DNA of 64,000 nt from Octopus sinensis. Taxonomy: Eukaryota. Shown one piece after another: positions 13,246 through 26,330 of the stretch; position 1 is the stretch's first letter, and the number at the start of each line of letters is the position of its first letter. Where the stretch lies: assembly GCF_006345805.1 (NCBI RefSeq), contig NC_042999.1, forward strand, positions 106,578,001 through 106,642,000, in the 5' to 3' direction. The notes beneath the pieces were generated by a model. The model worked only from the letters and a program-made list of their open reading frames with translations. It made no database searches and was not told the DNA's origin. The position numbers and the translations under genes were made by a program.

Positions 13246-13328
13246 TAGGAGGGATTCAGAAACTACAACATCATTATATATTGTCAAAAATACGAGTTTC
13301 CTCGTTCCCTACTATAAGCAGATGATCG
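13246..13328 (+). CDS. Candidate exon xRRDSETTTSLYIVKNTSFLVPYYKQMI, phase 2 to 1
   Basis: Strong acceptor 'ttcttacattttgttttacag' and donor 'TCG/gtatgg'; one frame is open to the donor. Confidence 0.3.
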
Positions 13329-16300
13329 GTATGGAATCTATTTTTCTCTGTCTCGTCTTTGAACTTAAGTCATAATATTTATACGTAAAGTTTTGAAATG
13401 TGTAGAAAAGATATATTTTCCTTTATTGTTTTCCAACGAACAGGCACAGAATTTACTGGATAAAGAATTTTTTTAATTTCCTTTTTGGGGGTGGGGGCCT
13501 TTGTTTCTCGCTTATGAGACTTTATGGTCGAGTCTTATAGTAGAAAACTTAAGTAAAATTAAAAATAAATAGGGATGAAAGTTATTTAAATCGGAAATTA
13601 AACTTTTATTATATTCCCCTTTTAGCGGGTTCAATTTAATGTAAAATTCGAGTTTGCCAATACAAAAAATCGTGAGAATCAAAACGTCTATATATAGCTA
13701 TCTATGTCTGTCAGACAGATTATGTATAAAGCAACTAAAAGTTAATTATCAACAGATCAAAAACAGCATTGAGGAAACTTGTTGGGGGTCTGCGTTGCAG
13801 AGAATTTTAAGTTTATAGGTATAAGAATTTGGCCAGATTCAAGAACCTCTCTGAAGAATTTAGTATACAGTGCTATTGTTATTCAACTTGAAACTGTGGA
13901 AACTGCAATGTTGCGCTTCAAAATACTTGTGGACTGTTTGATACAGGTGAGAAACACTGCCATTTTTAAACTCTTATTTATGTACAGCTATTCAATTTAA
14001 AGGTTGCCAAATCAATGTTTTCCTCTCTCTTCATTTCTCCTATTTTTCTGGTTCTCCTCCTCCCTCTCTCAATATCTTTCGTGCTCTCAATATTTCTCTC
14101 TCTCTCTTTCTCTTTCACCTTTTCTCTCTTTCTGTATTTTTGATCTTTCACTAACACGTGATTGTTCATTCTAAAGAATAACGTTTTATGAGGATTGTCA
14201 ACATTTGTAAAACCAGCTACATAGAGATATTGTTAAGATATGAATTTTCTTTTAGTGCTATACATATAATTCAAAAAAAATAATGTGCCATATGACTTAA
14301 GAACTTAACTAAATGCATGCCATACAAAATGGAAAACCAAATAAAGAGTAAAATAAACGAGTCTGTCAAAATGTATTTTGAAAAGGTAAGTATACTTTCC
14401 ACCCAATTTTAACATATTTGCTTCTTAAGCTATTATATTCAAACTAGAAAAAAGTTTATAAATGAATTATCGGTTTTCTTTTTCATAAGTTTAGTGTTAT
14501 ATTTCTTTTAGTTTCTTAATAAAAACTGTACTGTATATCGAAGAAAACGATAAATTGCTTTCAATTATTTACATGTCCATTAGTTATGAAAACTATTCAA
14601 AATACAAATGGTTAAGTTGTAAAAGAAACCTAGGTCTTCAGAAACGATTGAAAGATCGTTCAGAATTTATTGTCAGTTGGTAAAAATACTTGACTTAACA
14701 ATCTATAATGTGCGGAGAGGTTAAAGAAGGGCAATTTCTTATATGAAAAGGTGAAAGGACAACTGACGATAGAAACTTAAACTTAAATATTTTTGTGACC
14801 TAGTAAACAACATTGAAAATATATGTTCACATGATAGTTGAAATTGGTTGCAGGTATATCACAAGATTATGAGTTTCTAGTCCGATAAAGTTATGGTTTA
14901 TTCTCTCTAGTAATGACCTCTGATACCTTGATAAAATTACTTCCTATAGCACATGACTCCAAATAGGTAAAACAAATTGCGAATGAAATAGATAGTGCTG
15001 GTGAATGAAGTCAAACTATTTTCCTTTAGCTCCTTAAGAGCTGCAACGAAAAATATAGAAAGTTATCTTTAAAATAATCTTCCTATTCACGCTCTCTCAC
15101 TTATGCATACAGTAAGTTTTTTGCCGTGCACATTTATTTAAGCTGCATGTCTATTCAAGCATATTCGATTTCCCGTACCTTTTGGACGATACCTCCAATA
15201 AATCATATCCTATTTCAGCTCTCTTCTACTCTGCCTTTTATACGAGTTACAACAGCACATCCAGTGAATTCCGCTTGACTTATTTTCCCCTGCATTGACA
15301 AGACTGCCCATTATATGTTCAGTCTCATAATTATAGTTTCATGCTTTCTTACACATGGGTTTGTTAATTAGATCAGTATTAATTAGATCACTTGGGTTAC
15401 ATAAAGCATCGAACAGTATTATAAATCTATGGGTGGTTTAAATGCTATCAGCACCTATGCATCCTAAGTCTGGGGTTTTTGTTTCTTTATTAGATATATC
15501 ACATCTCTTCTTATGTATGCATTGCTAACATTAATAACAATATTCAATTCTTATTTCCTACACCTAGCAGATAAATCAAAATCTCTTCCCAGATGGTACT
15601 GAACATTCAAAAGTGCATTACGATAATTTAGCGCGTATTTAATATCTCTAATAACTAATTATTAGTGACCTCTGTTTGTTCTCTTTCCTATCATTGTATA
15701 TATTTCTAAAAGGTGTCAGAATTAGAGTTTGATCAAATTTAAGTAGTCCTTAGGCTCTACGCAAGCTTAAACGTTGGTTGGTACCTTATTAAGTATTTTA
15801 ATAATTTATTAAAGTGTCATATACTTCCTTTCTATCTAAATTCGCCTAAAACTATTTTGTGAAATATATTAAGCTACATCAAGTTAGATTCCATTCTATA
15901 AAACACATCATTCACTAAACAGTATTTTGTACAGGAGGTTTCTATTAAATCATAAATCCCAAGGCTGCAAATAATATATGCCTTTTTTAAATCTTATACG
16001 ATGCTTGGAATTGCAACAGTCTCAATGCATAATGATGGACTACTGGGCGATACGTTTTGTTGGCCATTAATCATTATATGAACGTAGAATATCCAATAAC
16101 AGACCAATAACCCCGAGTAACAGGACATTTCAAAATTAGTATAAGATAGATTTAGACTGCGAGAGAGACTCGGGAGTAAAATTTCTCTTGTTTTTCCCTT
16201 TTCCTCAATACTTTCTCTTTCTTTCACTCTCCTTGCCTCTGTATTTCTGTTTAGACTAAGCAGTTCCTTTTTTTTTCTCATTTTTGATTTGCTTTTCCTT

Positions 16301-17981
16301 GTTGACTCATTATCATGCAGTTGTAGTATTTAATATTTTCTTATAAAGTAAAATTTGAATTATTTCAGTATTGACTATTTATTTTTATAATTCGTTGGAA
16401 TATCTTCCCTAATTCAGAGAGGCTGGCACTGGATAGCAGAAATATATATATTTTTGTGGTTGCCGCTGTACTTGACAGATTTGTTTGTACTTTTTAAATT
16501 AATCAGCCGCGTGGTTAAAACGTTCACTAACTTTCGGGTTCACATCTATAGTTCGTCGTTTTAAGCCAAGTACTTTATACGAAGGTCTCGAGTCGACCAA
16601 AGCTATGTGACAGAACTTTTATAAATGAAAACTATGACCCTAAAAGGTCTTTAAGCTTAAAAATAGAAAAAAACATTCAAATCATTTTCTAGACAAATGT
16701 ATTTCGTAAAATTTTAATTGCTAAGATCAGTATAAAGGCATGGTTTGTGTAATGAATCTTAAAGAGTGAACTATATATGCGGAACATCTGCGATGCGAAC
16801 TCACATACACGGACATAAGTAGATTCTACTCATGCTGTTAACTATCAGCACGATCCCTTATCAACAAGCACGCTTTAAAGCTACTACTATCACGACTAGT
16901 AGTAGTAGTAGTAGTAGTCCTATAGTCGTTACAGCTGCCTATAATTCACTTGGCTGGGAGTAAGCAGTGCATATTCCAACATCCAGCACAGCACAGCGAT
17001 GATACAAAATCCATAACATCTATACAACGAAACAGTAATAAACACTTGATGTCGGGAAAAAAATACCACCCGTAGGTTTTGAAGCGGTGCTTATTGTATC
17101 AACAGTCAATAACAATGTGTTCTGCATCGAGTTCATTTCATTACATTTTAGCATTTCGTTTGCAAGATTCTTGATGTGATCTTGTGTGTTGCAACAAATT
17201 ATGTGGTGTCTCGGGAGGGTTATTATGCCAATAATAAGCACATACACCGCTTTACTTTCACTTCTTTATTGTTCGTCAATTGGTTAGCTATTTAACCAAG
17301 TAACTAATCGATTGTTTCGTAAATCATTTGGTTAATCAATCACTTGTGTTTGCCAGTTTCCTTTCGTCGTTAGCAAAATAGAATTTTGCTTAAACTACAA
17401 TAATGTTTTTGTTGAGTCATATCATCATATATATTTGTGTGTCTCTATTGTAGACTCACTTACAAGTCCACAAGTTTATAGTATGAACACAGGATTTTTT
17501 TAATTTTCACATACTTCTGCAGACTTGCATTGGTATCTGCCCGATCACACACACAAACACACACACACACACACATACACACACTTGTGTGTATATGTAT
17601 CGAAGTATGTATTTTAATGTCACTTATGCACAAAGTATATACAGTCCATCAAGACTTCTCGTAGAATGACACATTTATTTCAAGACATTTTAAGATGTTT
17701 CGCATACCATTTCTAGGCGCCAAAATTGAAACCACTTTATATTGAACAAGAACTTGATTTTGACATTCAGACTTTCCAGTAGAAAATGTATTTTCCGATT
17801 TTGTGTCATTGAGATAGTAGAAAGTCTGTGCAACTCATTCAGTATATTATTTTCGGTTGCATCTGTACTTTGTACAGTTATTTGATTTATAACTATTTAA
17901 TCAATCCTGAGAGAGAAAAATCACGTAGAATATATATAGAGAAAATAGCGAAGCATTCTAAGGTCTAATTGACTCTTCTCT

Positions 17982-17999
17982 TTAATAATAATAATAATA

Positions 18000-18044
<45 letters not shown>

Positions 18045-18290
18045 TAATAATAATAATAATAATAGCAACAACAACAACAACAACAACAACAATAAGAAGA
18101 ATAATTTTAATAATAATAATAATAATATTTTCTTATTTATTTATTAATAACAACAACACTGATGACGATGATGATGATGATGATGATGATGACGACGATG
18201 ATGATGATGCCGGTGATCGTTCTGGTTATTATTTTCATTGTTATTTTTTTTTATTTCATCATCATCATCATCATCACCATCACTACTACC
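17982..18290. repeat. Compound trinucleotide array (AAT)n(AAC)n(GAT)n(CAT)n
   Basis: Directly visible; explains ORF 17969-18391. Confidence 0.95.
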
Positions 18291-19599
18291 ACTCTTTTAT
18301 GTTGATATTTTGTACTTTTACTGCCCTGGCATATAGAATTTTTTTTTCAGAAGAACTAACCTGCAATATATCGGTGTATTTTTCCCGTTAATGACGGCCC
18401 CTGCAGTGCGGTTGAACCACAGTGTATTGTGTTTTTATTTAATTATTTCTAGTCTATTTATAGAAATGCATGAATTCTAATAATGGTATCATAAATGTTT
18501 ACGAAAGAGGAGCGTGAAGAAGAGATCACATGATTCAAAGAGCAAGGAAGAGAGCTGGGATGACACCATAATAGTTAATAGGGATAACAACGTCATGGCA
18601 ACAGCCTGCAGTTCTTTTACCATACTAACTAAAATCATTGACGTCACCGACAAGGCAGCAACTATTACCTCCAATATGTCAACATCAATGAAGGCGAATA
18701 AGATATTCCCGTATATTTGCATCAATAGCACCAACAGTACTAAGAACAAAAGCAAGATCACACAAATGGCTTTGTTGTCTACTGCTCGCGTAAAGATCTA
18801 CTGTATAGGATATTCGTTCCAAAGGAATGTAGAAGCGGTTTAAAATAAACATCATAATGTCTGGACTGATGACATTTTCAGTCGAGGAAGTAAACAAGAT
18901 CCAACAAATGATTATTTGGTATAAGTGCATTAATCGAAATGAACAGACTTTGATATATCTGATTCATGTGAACAGATGGAAATTTTAGTATTCGAGTACA
19001 TATCGCTTGGCAGGCAACAGAGGTGGGGATAACCGTCTGCAAACGCGCTGGTAGCGAGATGTGGACGCAACTACATGCGCACATACGCGTTTAAGGAATT
19101 TGTGATTATACTAATTATATTGAACGCGTTGACGAGTCAGAATCATGAAAGTGCCGTCCTAGAGGAACTAGGCTACTGTAGATGCAATGAGCGAAAAACA
19201 CAGCAAAAGTGAACGGAACAAAGCAAATTCGTATTCCCCATGTTTAGTTTGAACAAAGATTAAACACAGATACGTTCACCACAGGCTGTGCGCCTCTTCC
19301 CCGGCATTCAAAGATTTTTAGGGATTCGATCAATGAACGAGTTAAGCAGACGTTTACGAGAGCCATCATCAGCAATAGATGGCGGGTCTTTCTAAAGAGA
19401 AGCATTCGTCAGCTTTAGCAAAGAGGCAGCAACAGTGAACGGTTTAGTAGAGGAAGTGCTCCTCAATTAATTACATGAGAAGCGCGCAAAAAGTATTGCA
19501 CACAAAATATTGATACCGAGACTCAACCACTTTTTTTGTGCTAAACATGAAGGCTGGATTATTCATGCTAAGTCACATGCTCTGAATCTCATGGATCCA

Positions 19600-20110
19600 A
19601 AACCTTTCAGTACTACTGAGAAGCAGAAGCACAGATGATGGGCTGGCTAAGAAGGCTGTTGAAAGTCACCTAGCAAGACAAGGTCCTAGAAACGGAGGTC
19701 CTCTTCCGGGCTTATCTGCCAAGAATTTACACACTGCCGAAGAGATGCCAAGTCAGGCGGGCAGGCTATCTTTTTCGAATGACTTACACACGACTCCCCA
19801 AGAGACTGTATTACAGAGAACTATCGGAAGGCAAGCGCACGTAGGGTAGACAGAAACAGTGTTTCAAGGATATACTCAAAGACTTACTGAAGAGCTTTGA
19901 ATTCAATCTCGACACCTGAGAAATGTCGCCCTGTCTGGCGAAGCTGCATCAACAGACGTGCCACCTCCTACTAACATAACAGGATTGCAGGGACACAAAG
20001 AAAACGTGAATTGCGTGAGTCCAGAGCTAACGCTTTGCTTTCAGTTACAGCAGACAACCAGTGTCCCGTCTTCTTTTCTGTGCTTGGTCATCGTCGCCAA
20101 CGACGGATTG
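19600..20110 (+). mobile_element. RTE (BovB-like) LINE 3' fragment, pseudogenised
   Basis: Frames give QDKVLETEVLFRA and MTYTRLPKRLYYRELSEGKRT*GRQKQCFKDILK, matching the RTE RT C-terminal motif 'RLPKRLFYGELSEGKR..G.Q.KRFKD'. Confidence 0.85.
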
Positions 20111-20389
20111 ACTATATATATGTGTGTGGGTGGGTATTTGTGTATGGGTGGATATTTGTGTGTGGGTGGGTGTGTAGGTGTTTAATTATGTATAAGTACA
20201 GAAAACGTGTGTATGTGAAATAGAGAATGCTCTTGTATTTTTCAGCCTTTATATAATATAATTTTATTGCATGTATAGGCCTTTCTTACTAATGAAAACA
20301 ATTATTATTACTAGAATGTAATCCAGTGCTCATAATTACCTACCAGTCGGGAAATAAGTTTGGTAGAAGTTCTACGTCTGCAATATATA

Positions 20390-20900
20390 GAGATCTGGAA
20401 GGGCGAATGAGAGCGACGACGTTCTCGAGGAAACTCTGGATGTCGACATGCTATGTTTCGGAGAACTTTCAGGCCAAGAACTATCACGGATAATTTACCA
20501 GAAAATCTTGGCTTGGAGTTACTTCAGAGGAGCACTGCCAGGCAAGATAACTTTTTCAGACAATGAGGTATCGCCATGTCGGACTACCGAATGTACGTGG
20601 AGATCGACACAATCGTTCTACACGTACTCGTGCCGTGTGCCAGTATTGCTGACTTGTGAGTTTATGTCGTATAGCTTTTGTTGCGTGTTGAACAAATATG
20701 ACCACCGAGTGAATCACGTCATTACCCACATTTAAGAAGGCTGGAAAGATCGTGGTCTCTCTTTAGCGGCTACGGAGAAAGACATTGTATGGTGAACGAG
20801 GTTAAAAGGATCATGGAAAAGCGCCTTCCTTTTCAGTGACGCTCTCATTGCAAGTATATCGAAGAGATCTTGTCATGAGACGGATACTGTCTACAAACCA
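20390..20900 (+). mobile_element. Tx1/L1-type LINE C-terminal fragment (zinc-knuckle region), degraded
   Basis: Translations LAWSYFRGALPGK.. and a frameshifted C..CGDR.T.VLH.L..C.SIADL resemble 'LAW.CYRGALP.RDKL...CPRCG..ETVLHAL..C'. Confidence 0.65.
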
Positions 20901-21117
20901 ACAGTTGTTTATTTGCATGTAAATATCTCCATAAATCTGATTTATGAGAATAAGAGACTTTATAGGAATATTCCAGTTTAAATTATTTATCTATATTTTA
21001 ACTTACATTTTGATTGTTATGTACAAGTTAAATACTAGTAAACACACATCATTGAGGTAACAAATATACATAATAATTCCTTGACTTTCAGTCGCTGTAA
21101 TTCTTGCTTTTCTTTAG

Positions 21118-21189
21118 CCTCTGGAGAGTTCCGAATGAGAAGACCACTAACCAAAATTATTCCATCCGTGACCTTCCTGCCTACATTAC
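21118..21189 (+). CDS. Candidate 72-nt symmetric exon (xLWRVPNEKTTNQNYSIRDLPAYI or xSGEFRMRRPLTKIIPSVTFLPTL)
   Basis: Very strong acceptor 'ttcttgcttttctttag', donor 'TAC/gtatat'; two frames are open. Confidence 0.3.
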
Positions 21190-21689
21190 GTATATAGTGT
21201 ATTTAAGATTATATAACCCATTGTCTTTCACGTTTCATGTTGATATTAAATTCAAGGAGATGCGAAAAGACTTCTTTGGCTCAGATTCATTGACTTTTAT
21301 GAATCGGATACATGAATGGTCAGTACAATAAACTTAAGGTGCGTGAATCTCCAATCTATATCTATTACAGAATTTTGGTTCACCTGTACAAACTATAGGA
21401 AATTTTATCAATCATACTACACTCCAGTTTTAGATCACCTACTTCCATTTCTATCAGAATATTCAATGACAATTTATAATTTAGTATTCTTAGCAGTCGA
21501 CTGAGAGCACATATATACGTGTTCAAGGTTTTCATTTGGAGAAGCATTTACTTGTTATCCTTAATTCAACTGCTACTAATTAAATAGATCGGTTATCTCC
21601 CCTATTCCTGGATATAAAATTCGAAAAGAACCTGGATTTATCTCAAAAAAGTTGTACCAACAAAGGAGTTTCAATGTGAGCAATCACGC

Positions 21690-21850
21690 TCCTTGAAATA
21701 GCGGACACCTTCTTCTAATCACACACTGCTGTCTTTAAAAAGAAGCAGGACACATTTGATAATGTATTATTAGATGTGCTACGTCTAAGATAACGAAAAA
21801 TTGGCCACAGTTGGGACGTCTTTGATTATGAGTATACTCAAAGAGCCCGA
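21690..21850 (+). repeat. Fragment of an interspersed non-coding repeat; related copy at about 61250-61420
   Basis: Both carry '...gtctt.aaaa..aggaca.att..at.atgt...' followed by 'cctttgat.at.g'. Confidence 0.5.
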
Positions 21851-23373
21851 ACAATACAACCTTGTACTCTAACCCCACTTCCATTATTCATTGTCGGAAG
21901 TTTGGATGAAATATTTACTGCAATACTGGTGTATATTTCTACTTCTGGGTTTGCACACATAAACAATTGGATACGAACGAGATTTGCTGTCAGTTTGTGC
22001 TATATTAAAGCACCAGTCCATAAAAAGGATGAAGAAACGTTAAAGATCAATGCATGACAAGTTAAGATTTCATTCAACTTTAGAGATAATACTGGAAGAT
22101 AAGATGACGTATAGGAAAACATATAACGAATGAAGTCATTCATAAAGGAAGTGAGTCAAAAGTCAGATGAGTAAGATAAGAAGATAGACGAAAAAGAGAA
22201 GTAAAGGCAAAGCAGTGAGGGTTTGTATAAACAGTAGAGAGTGAAACATGACACGAGAAGAGTTAGAATTTGATTAGAAGACTTAGAATGAATATAAAAT
22301 GAGGAAAATGGAACAACAATAATGAGAAAGAGTAAAAGAAGACGGAAAAGAAAGAGGAGGGGTGGTGGAGAAGAAGGAAAAGGTGGAAGGAAGAAGAAAG
22401 AAAGAATGAGATAAAAAGTTAAAAACCAACAAAACAAGAAAATATGGAGGATAAAGTGATGAAACGGAGATAGGAAAGGATTGTATTATGCGGGGATCAG
22501 AGATAAGCTGAAAATTGGATTATGATATTCCACGAAAGACTATTTGGATGTTGTCAGTTCCACAATAAATTACGGTTATAATCCCCAAACCAAGTTTGTG
22601 TCATCATAAGAAGTTTGAGACATTATAAGTACTCTGTTGGGAGAAAATAGTTTATGGACCAGATAAAAAGAGAGTTACAAATAAGGAAGTTTTCATTCCT
22701 AATCAATTCAGAGTTGTCACTCATTGTATTAGTGAAGAAGAGAACAAAAAGTTAGAAATGCAGCCGTCAGCCAAATAGAAAGCACTCTGAACAGGATATG
22801 GTTATTTAACACCTTCTTGCTTCAAGAGGGATTTTTTTTACGTCTTGTAAAACGAGTGAGAAGCATTTATAGGTTAAATGTCTCTGAAACATATTTGATC
22901 AAGTCCGAACATCGCATTTTCAGAGCTTGAACCTAATAGTAGCTCCAATTTAAAGCATGTATTTCAAATTATATTTATCTCTCACTCTCTCACCGGATGG
23001 CGTACATTTTAATACTCAAACCAAATATATATATTTGGCGGGCAATTTGAATCTGGCCTTGTACATACGTGCATATGTATGTATGTTTGGACGCTCGTAT
23101 ATGTAAGTATAACGTGTGTTCTGTATATATATATATTTGTAATTATGTGCTAATGTGGTACATTCAACTAATGAAAGCAGAGCTTATTTGAAGCAAAGCT
23201 AGAAATCCAGGATCTTGAAATATCCAGTAATATCTTTTTGCTAGTTTATTTTGTCCCTCTATCTTATCTCATGGCGTGATATGAATATTTTAGGTGGTTT
23301 TTATACTCAGGGTTTGACTGCTATTTCGGCATGGTGGTGTCTCTCAGATAACCTTATATATATATATATATAT

Positions 23374-23374
<1 letters not shown>

Positions 23375-23453
<79 letters not shown>

Positions 23454-23455
23454 TT
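23375..23455. repeat. (AGAT)n tetranucleotide microsatellite
   Basis: Directly visible. Confidence 0.97.
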
Positions 23456-23537
23456 ACATATATATATATATATAATATATATATTTATATATTAATATAT
23501 TTGAATGTATATTGTTAAAATGCTTAAAGAGTTGGAT

Positions 23538-23720
23538 TGTTATAACGCCCACTTCGGTACACAGTATACGTAGTATAACCAGTAAAGACACGACTATCAC
23601 TGATCGCCTACTATGTATTCCCGCACTTTACGTATTTCTCTTTACTTATAGTGACTAGGTTATTGTCGCATGGGCAGAGTGTACACTTATTACTAATTCC
23701 CTACAACATCTCCCCTTTTA
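23538..23720 (-). mobile_element. Short 3' LTR (171 bp, 23538-23708) with adjoining polypurine tract
   Basis: The minus strand reads 'taaaaggggaga' immediately before TGTTGTAG...TATAACA (TG..CA termini, 6/7 terminal inverted match). No partner LTR or gag/pol was seen. Confidence 0.7.
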
Positions 23721-23929
23721 AGTTTTCCTTAAGAACTGTCAGCTTATTTACTCCTAGAAAATTTACTATTTTATGATCAGTTTCAATTGTTATAGATAGT
23801 CCAAAGTTTTTAAAGAACTTAAACAGATTTTTTTCTGTATTTTTAAAGAACTTATACAATTTTAAAAAAATTACTATAATTTTTCCAGTAGGAAAAGATC
23901 GTAATTATTATATAGACACCACCACGCAC

Positions 23930-24990
23930 AAATACTAAACTAGAAAGCCAGGTTTCCACCTGTAAACTAACATAAAATGCGACGGGATCAGTAATCTGCA
24001 CTGAGTTGTTTGGTCGCGTTGTTATGTTGAAACATTCCATTCTATTTCATCTGATCTATAGCTTATTATCGTAATCAATTATTGTGTTACGAGTAGCTAG
24101 TATAATATCTATCTCATGTTTGGATAAATTAGAGTTGTGTAAGGTGAATATAATGGCTTTATTCAGTAATATTGGATTAATAGTGGAACGGTAGTTAGAG
24201 ATATCAATTTCCAGATTCCGGAACGAACAAATAACCTCCAGTGTGTCAGGCCATAGCATAAGTTTAATTATGAATCTTTGAGTTGGTAAGATTCTATCTA
24301 TATAAATTTTACTGATTCCACCTACATTCAATTTAGTTGGCTATATGAGTCTAACTGTTGGATGGCTGTGAAACTCAATTTCATGGTCCTTAAGATTAAT
24401 TGCAGGCTTTCTAGGTGTATATGGTTTTATTCTGTATTCTGCCCTCAACTCTGTAACTATTTCCAGTTCCATATTTATCTCAGTGAATGTTTCATTCGGT
24501 GTATGTTTATATTTACAAGGAAGTTCTTGCATAAGCTTTTATTTAGATCTGAATGTCAACATTATACAAATTTCCGGTTTTATCAACCGGCACTAAGATA
24601 CCTGTTGTATCTTACAGTTCCTCAAGTATTTGTTTCAATCTCTTCTGATGTTGGTTATGTCTCCTAGGAGTTTTTCTAATTTTTACATTCTTAATTATAT
24701 TATATAGTTCCTCCTCCAGCAGTACCAGAGGTTGATTATTTAGGGCGTTCCGCAGGGATTTAAATTTCCGTTTGAGCACTTCTTCGAATTCATTCTTATT
24801 GGCCGGTTTAATTTTCCTGTCGAAGATGAATGCCTTCCATTTCATTCTATTGATGAAATAACTGGTATTTCCTTTCAGCAGTTTCAGGTACACCTTCTTA
24901 CTGGGTATAGGTATATCGTTGAGGGAAACATCCAATGTGATCTTTTCCATCTTTCAGGCAGAGTTACGATAGCGATCTTATCCGGCATTT
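23930..24990 (-). mobile_element. Penelope-like element ORF remnant (N-terminal region and RT motifs), frameshifted
   Basis: ORF pieces SLNDIPIPSKKVYLKLL...FINRMKWKAFIF, KPAINLKDHEIEFHSHPTVRLI, ISKIYIDRILP...DISNYRSTIN..LLNKAI and FNITTRPNNSVQITDPVAFY match PLE motifs (NIPIPS..Y, LKDHK.NF..NP..RLINP, FD+TMG..D.A++.+LVG+Y). Confidence 0.9.
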
Positions 24991-25016
24991 CAAAACACTT
25001 CTACGGTTATCATACG

Positions 25017-25470
25017 ACAAAAATACTCCTTTTAATAGATATGCATGTCGAAATCCGTTAGTGTAAGCAGAATTCTTGGAAAAATTTATGATACAAGAAG
25101 ATGGAATGAACAGGCTTTTAATTTATCTCAGTATTTTTATGACTGTGTCTATTTGAATCTACGTGTCGCTCTTTGTAGAATATGTTAAAAGTAGAATATG
25201 AGTATAAAACAATGAAATCCAGCAGTGCTCGCGAAGACACTCACCAGATGATGTGCAAATACACAGCTATTGCTGAATCATATTTATATAATAATACTAT
25301 TTGTGAAACACGCGGCAACTAATAGTTGATGCTAATGATCGGAAACAATCGCTGTGAGTTGGACGAAAGCCTCTCATTCCATCTAGTATGATAATCTTTT
25401 TTGCATGAATTCTGCAACACTAACGGATTGAATTTCCACATATATTTCCAGTAATACGAGTATTTTTGCT
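25017..25470. repeat. Degenerate inverted repeat (arms about 100 bp), MITE-like
   Basis: 'atccgttagtgt..gcagaattc.tg.aaaa..ttat.ata...agatggaatga..aggcttt' at 25045-25119 is reverse-complementary to 25365-25441. Confidence 0.7.
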
Positions 25471-25654
25471 GTATAATAACATATAGTAACGGGCAACTAT
25501 AAAGGAGCTTTGACATGCACGTTATAAGGTTATACCCACCTAATATTGTGTGTATATATATGGTACATTTTAGTCTTCTGTAGCCTCGAGTAGCCCTTGT
25601 GACTGGAAGCAGGTGACAACACTTCTGCAGTAGTCCATCGTGTATATATATATA

Positions 25655-26205
25655 TAATTGCCAATCGAGTGTGGCGTCCTATACGGGACAGTGCTACTGG
25701 CGTTTAAAGCCCCAAGAAGACATCTATTCCACCTGATTATAGACACACATTCTGTGTCCGATAACTATTTGCGAGGGGAAGTCATCGCTCCCATCCCTAG
25801 CCTTACGTGATACACCCGGATTCGAGTTTCTGAGTGGTTACCCGTCCTCGGCGAATGTTAATCACTTGCTAGTGATGAAAACACCCCTCTCGCAAAATTC
25901 TATATGCTTTTTTCCAGCGACGAACCATCGCTAATCTCGGAAAGGGGGAAGTAAGCTATATTACATCTCTGAGCGAGATGTAAACAGTAGCAATACAGAA
26001 TCGTAACATATATTTGCCAACCAAGTGTGGCGTCCTTTACGAGACAGTGCTACTTGTGTTTATAGCGCCAGGAACACATCTCTTCTAGCTGGTTAACGAC
26101 AGACATTCTGTGTCTGATTCGTACTTGCGAGAGGAGGTCATCGCTCCCATACCTCGCCTTACGTGATACACACGGACTCGAGCTTGTGTGTGGTTACCCG
26201 TCCTC
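25655..26205. repeat. Tandem array of a relatively GC-rich 355-bp unit (one full and one partial copy) bounded by (TA)n
   Basis: 'ttgccaa.c.agtgtggcgtcct.tacg.gacagtgctact...ccttacgtgatacac.cgga.tcgag...gtggttacccgtcctc' at about 25658 and about 26014. Confidence 0.85.
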
Positions 26206-26216
26206 ATATATATATA

Positions 26217-26265
<49 letters not shown>

Positions 26266-26281
26266 TATATATATAATATAT

Positions 26282-26330
<49 letters not shown>

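Noticed and set aside
14600-15450. Possible further mariner and LINE fossils (also about 1540-1960, 27900-28460 and 36060-36520)
   Set aside because: Only faint motif resemblance; too degraded to support by eye.
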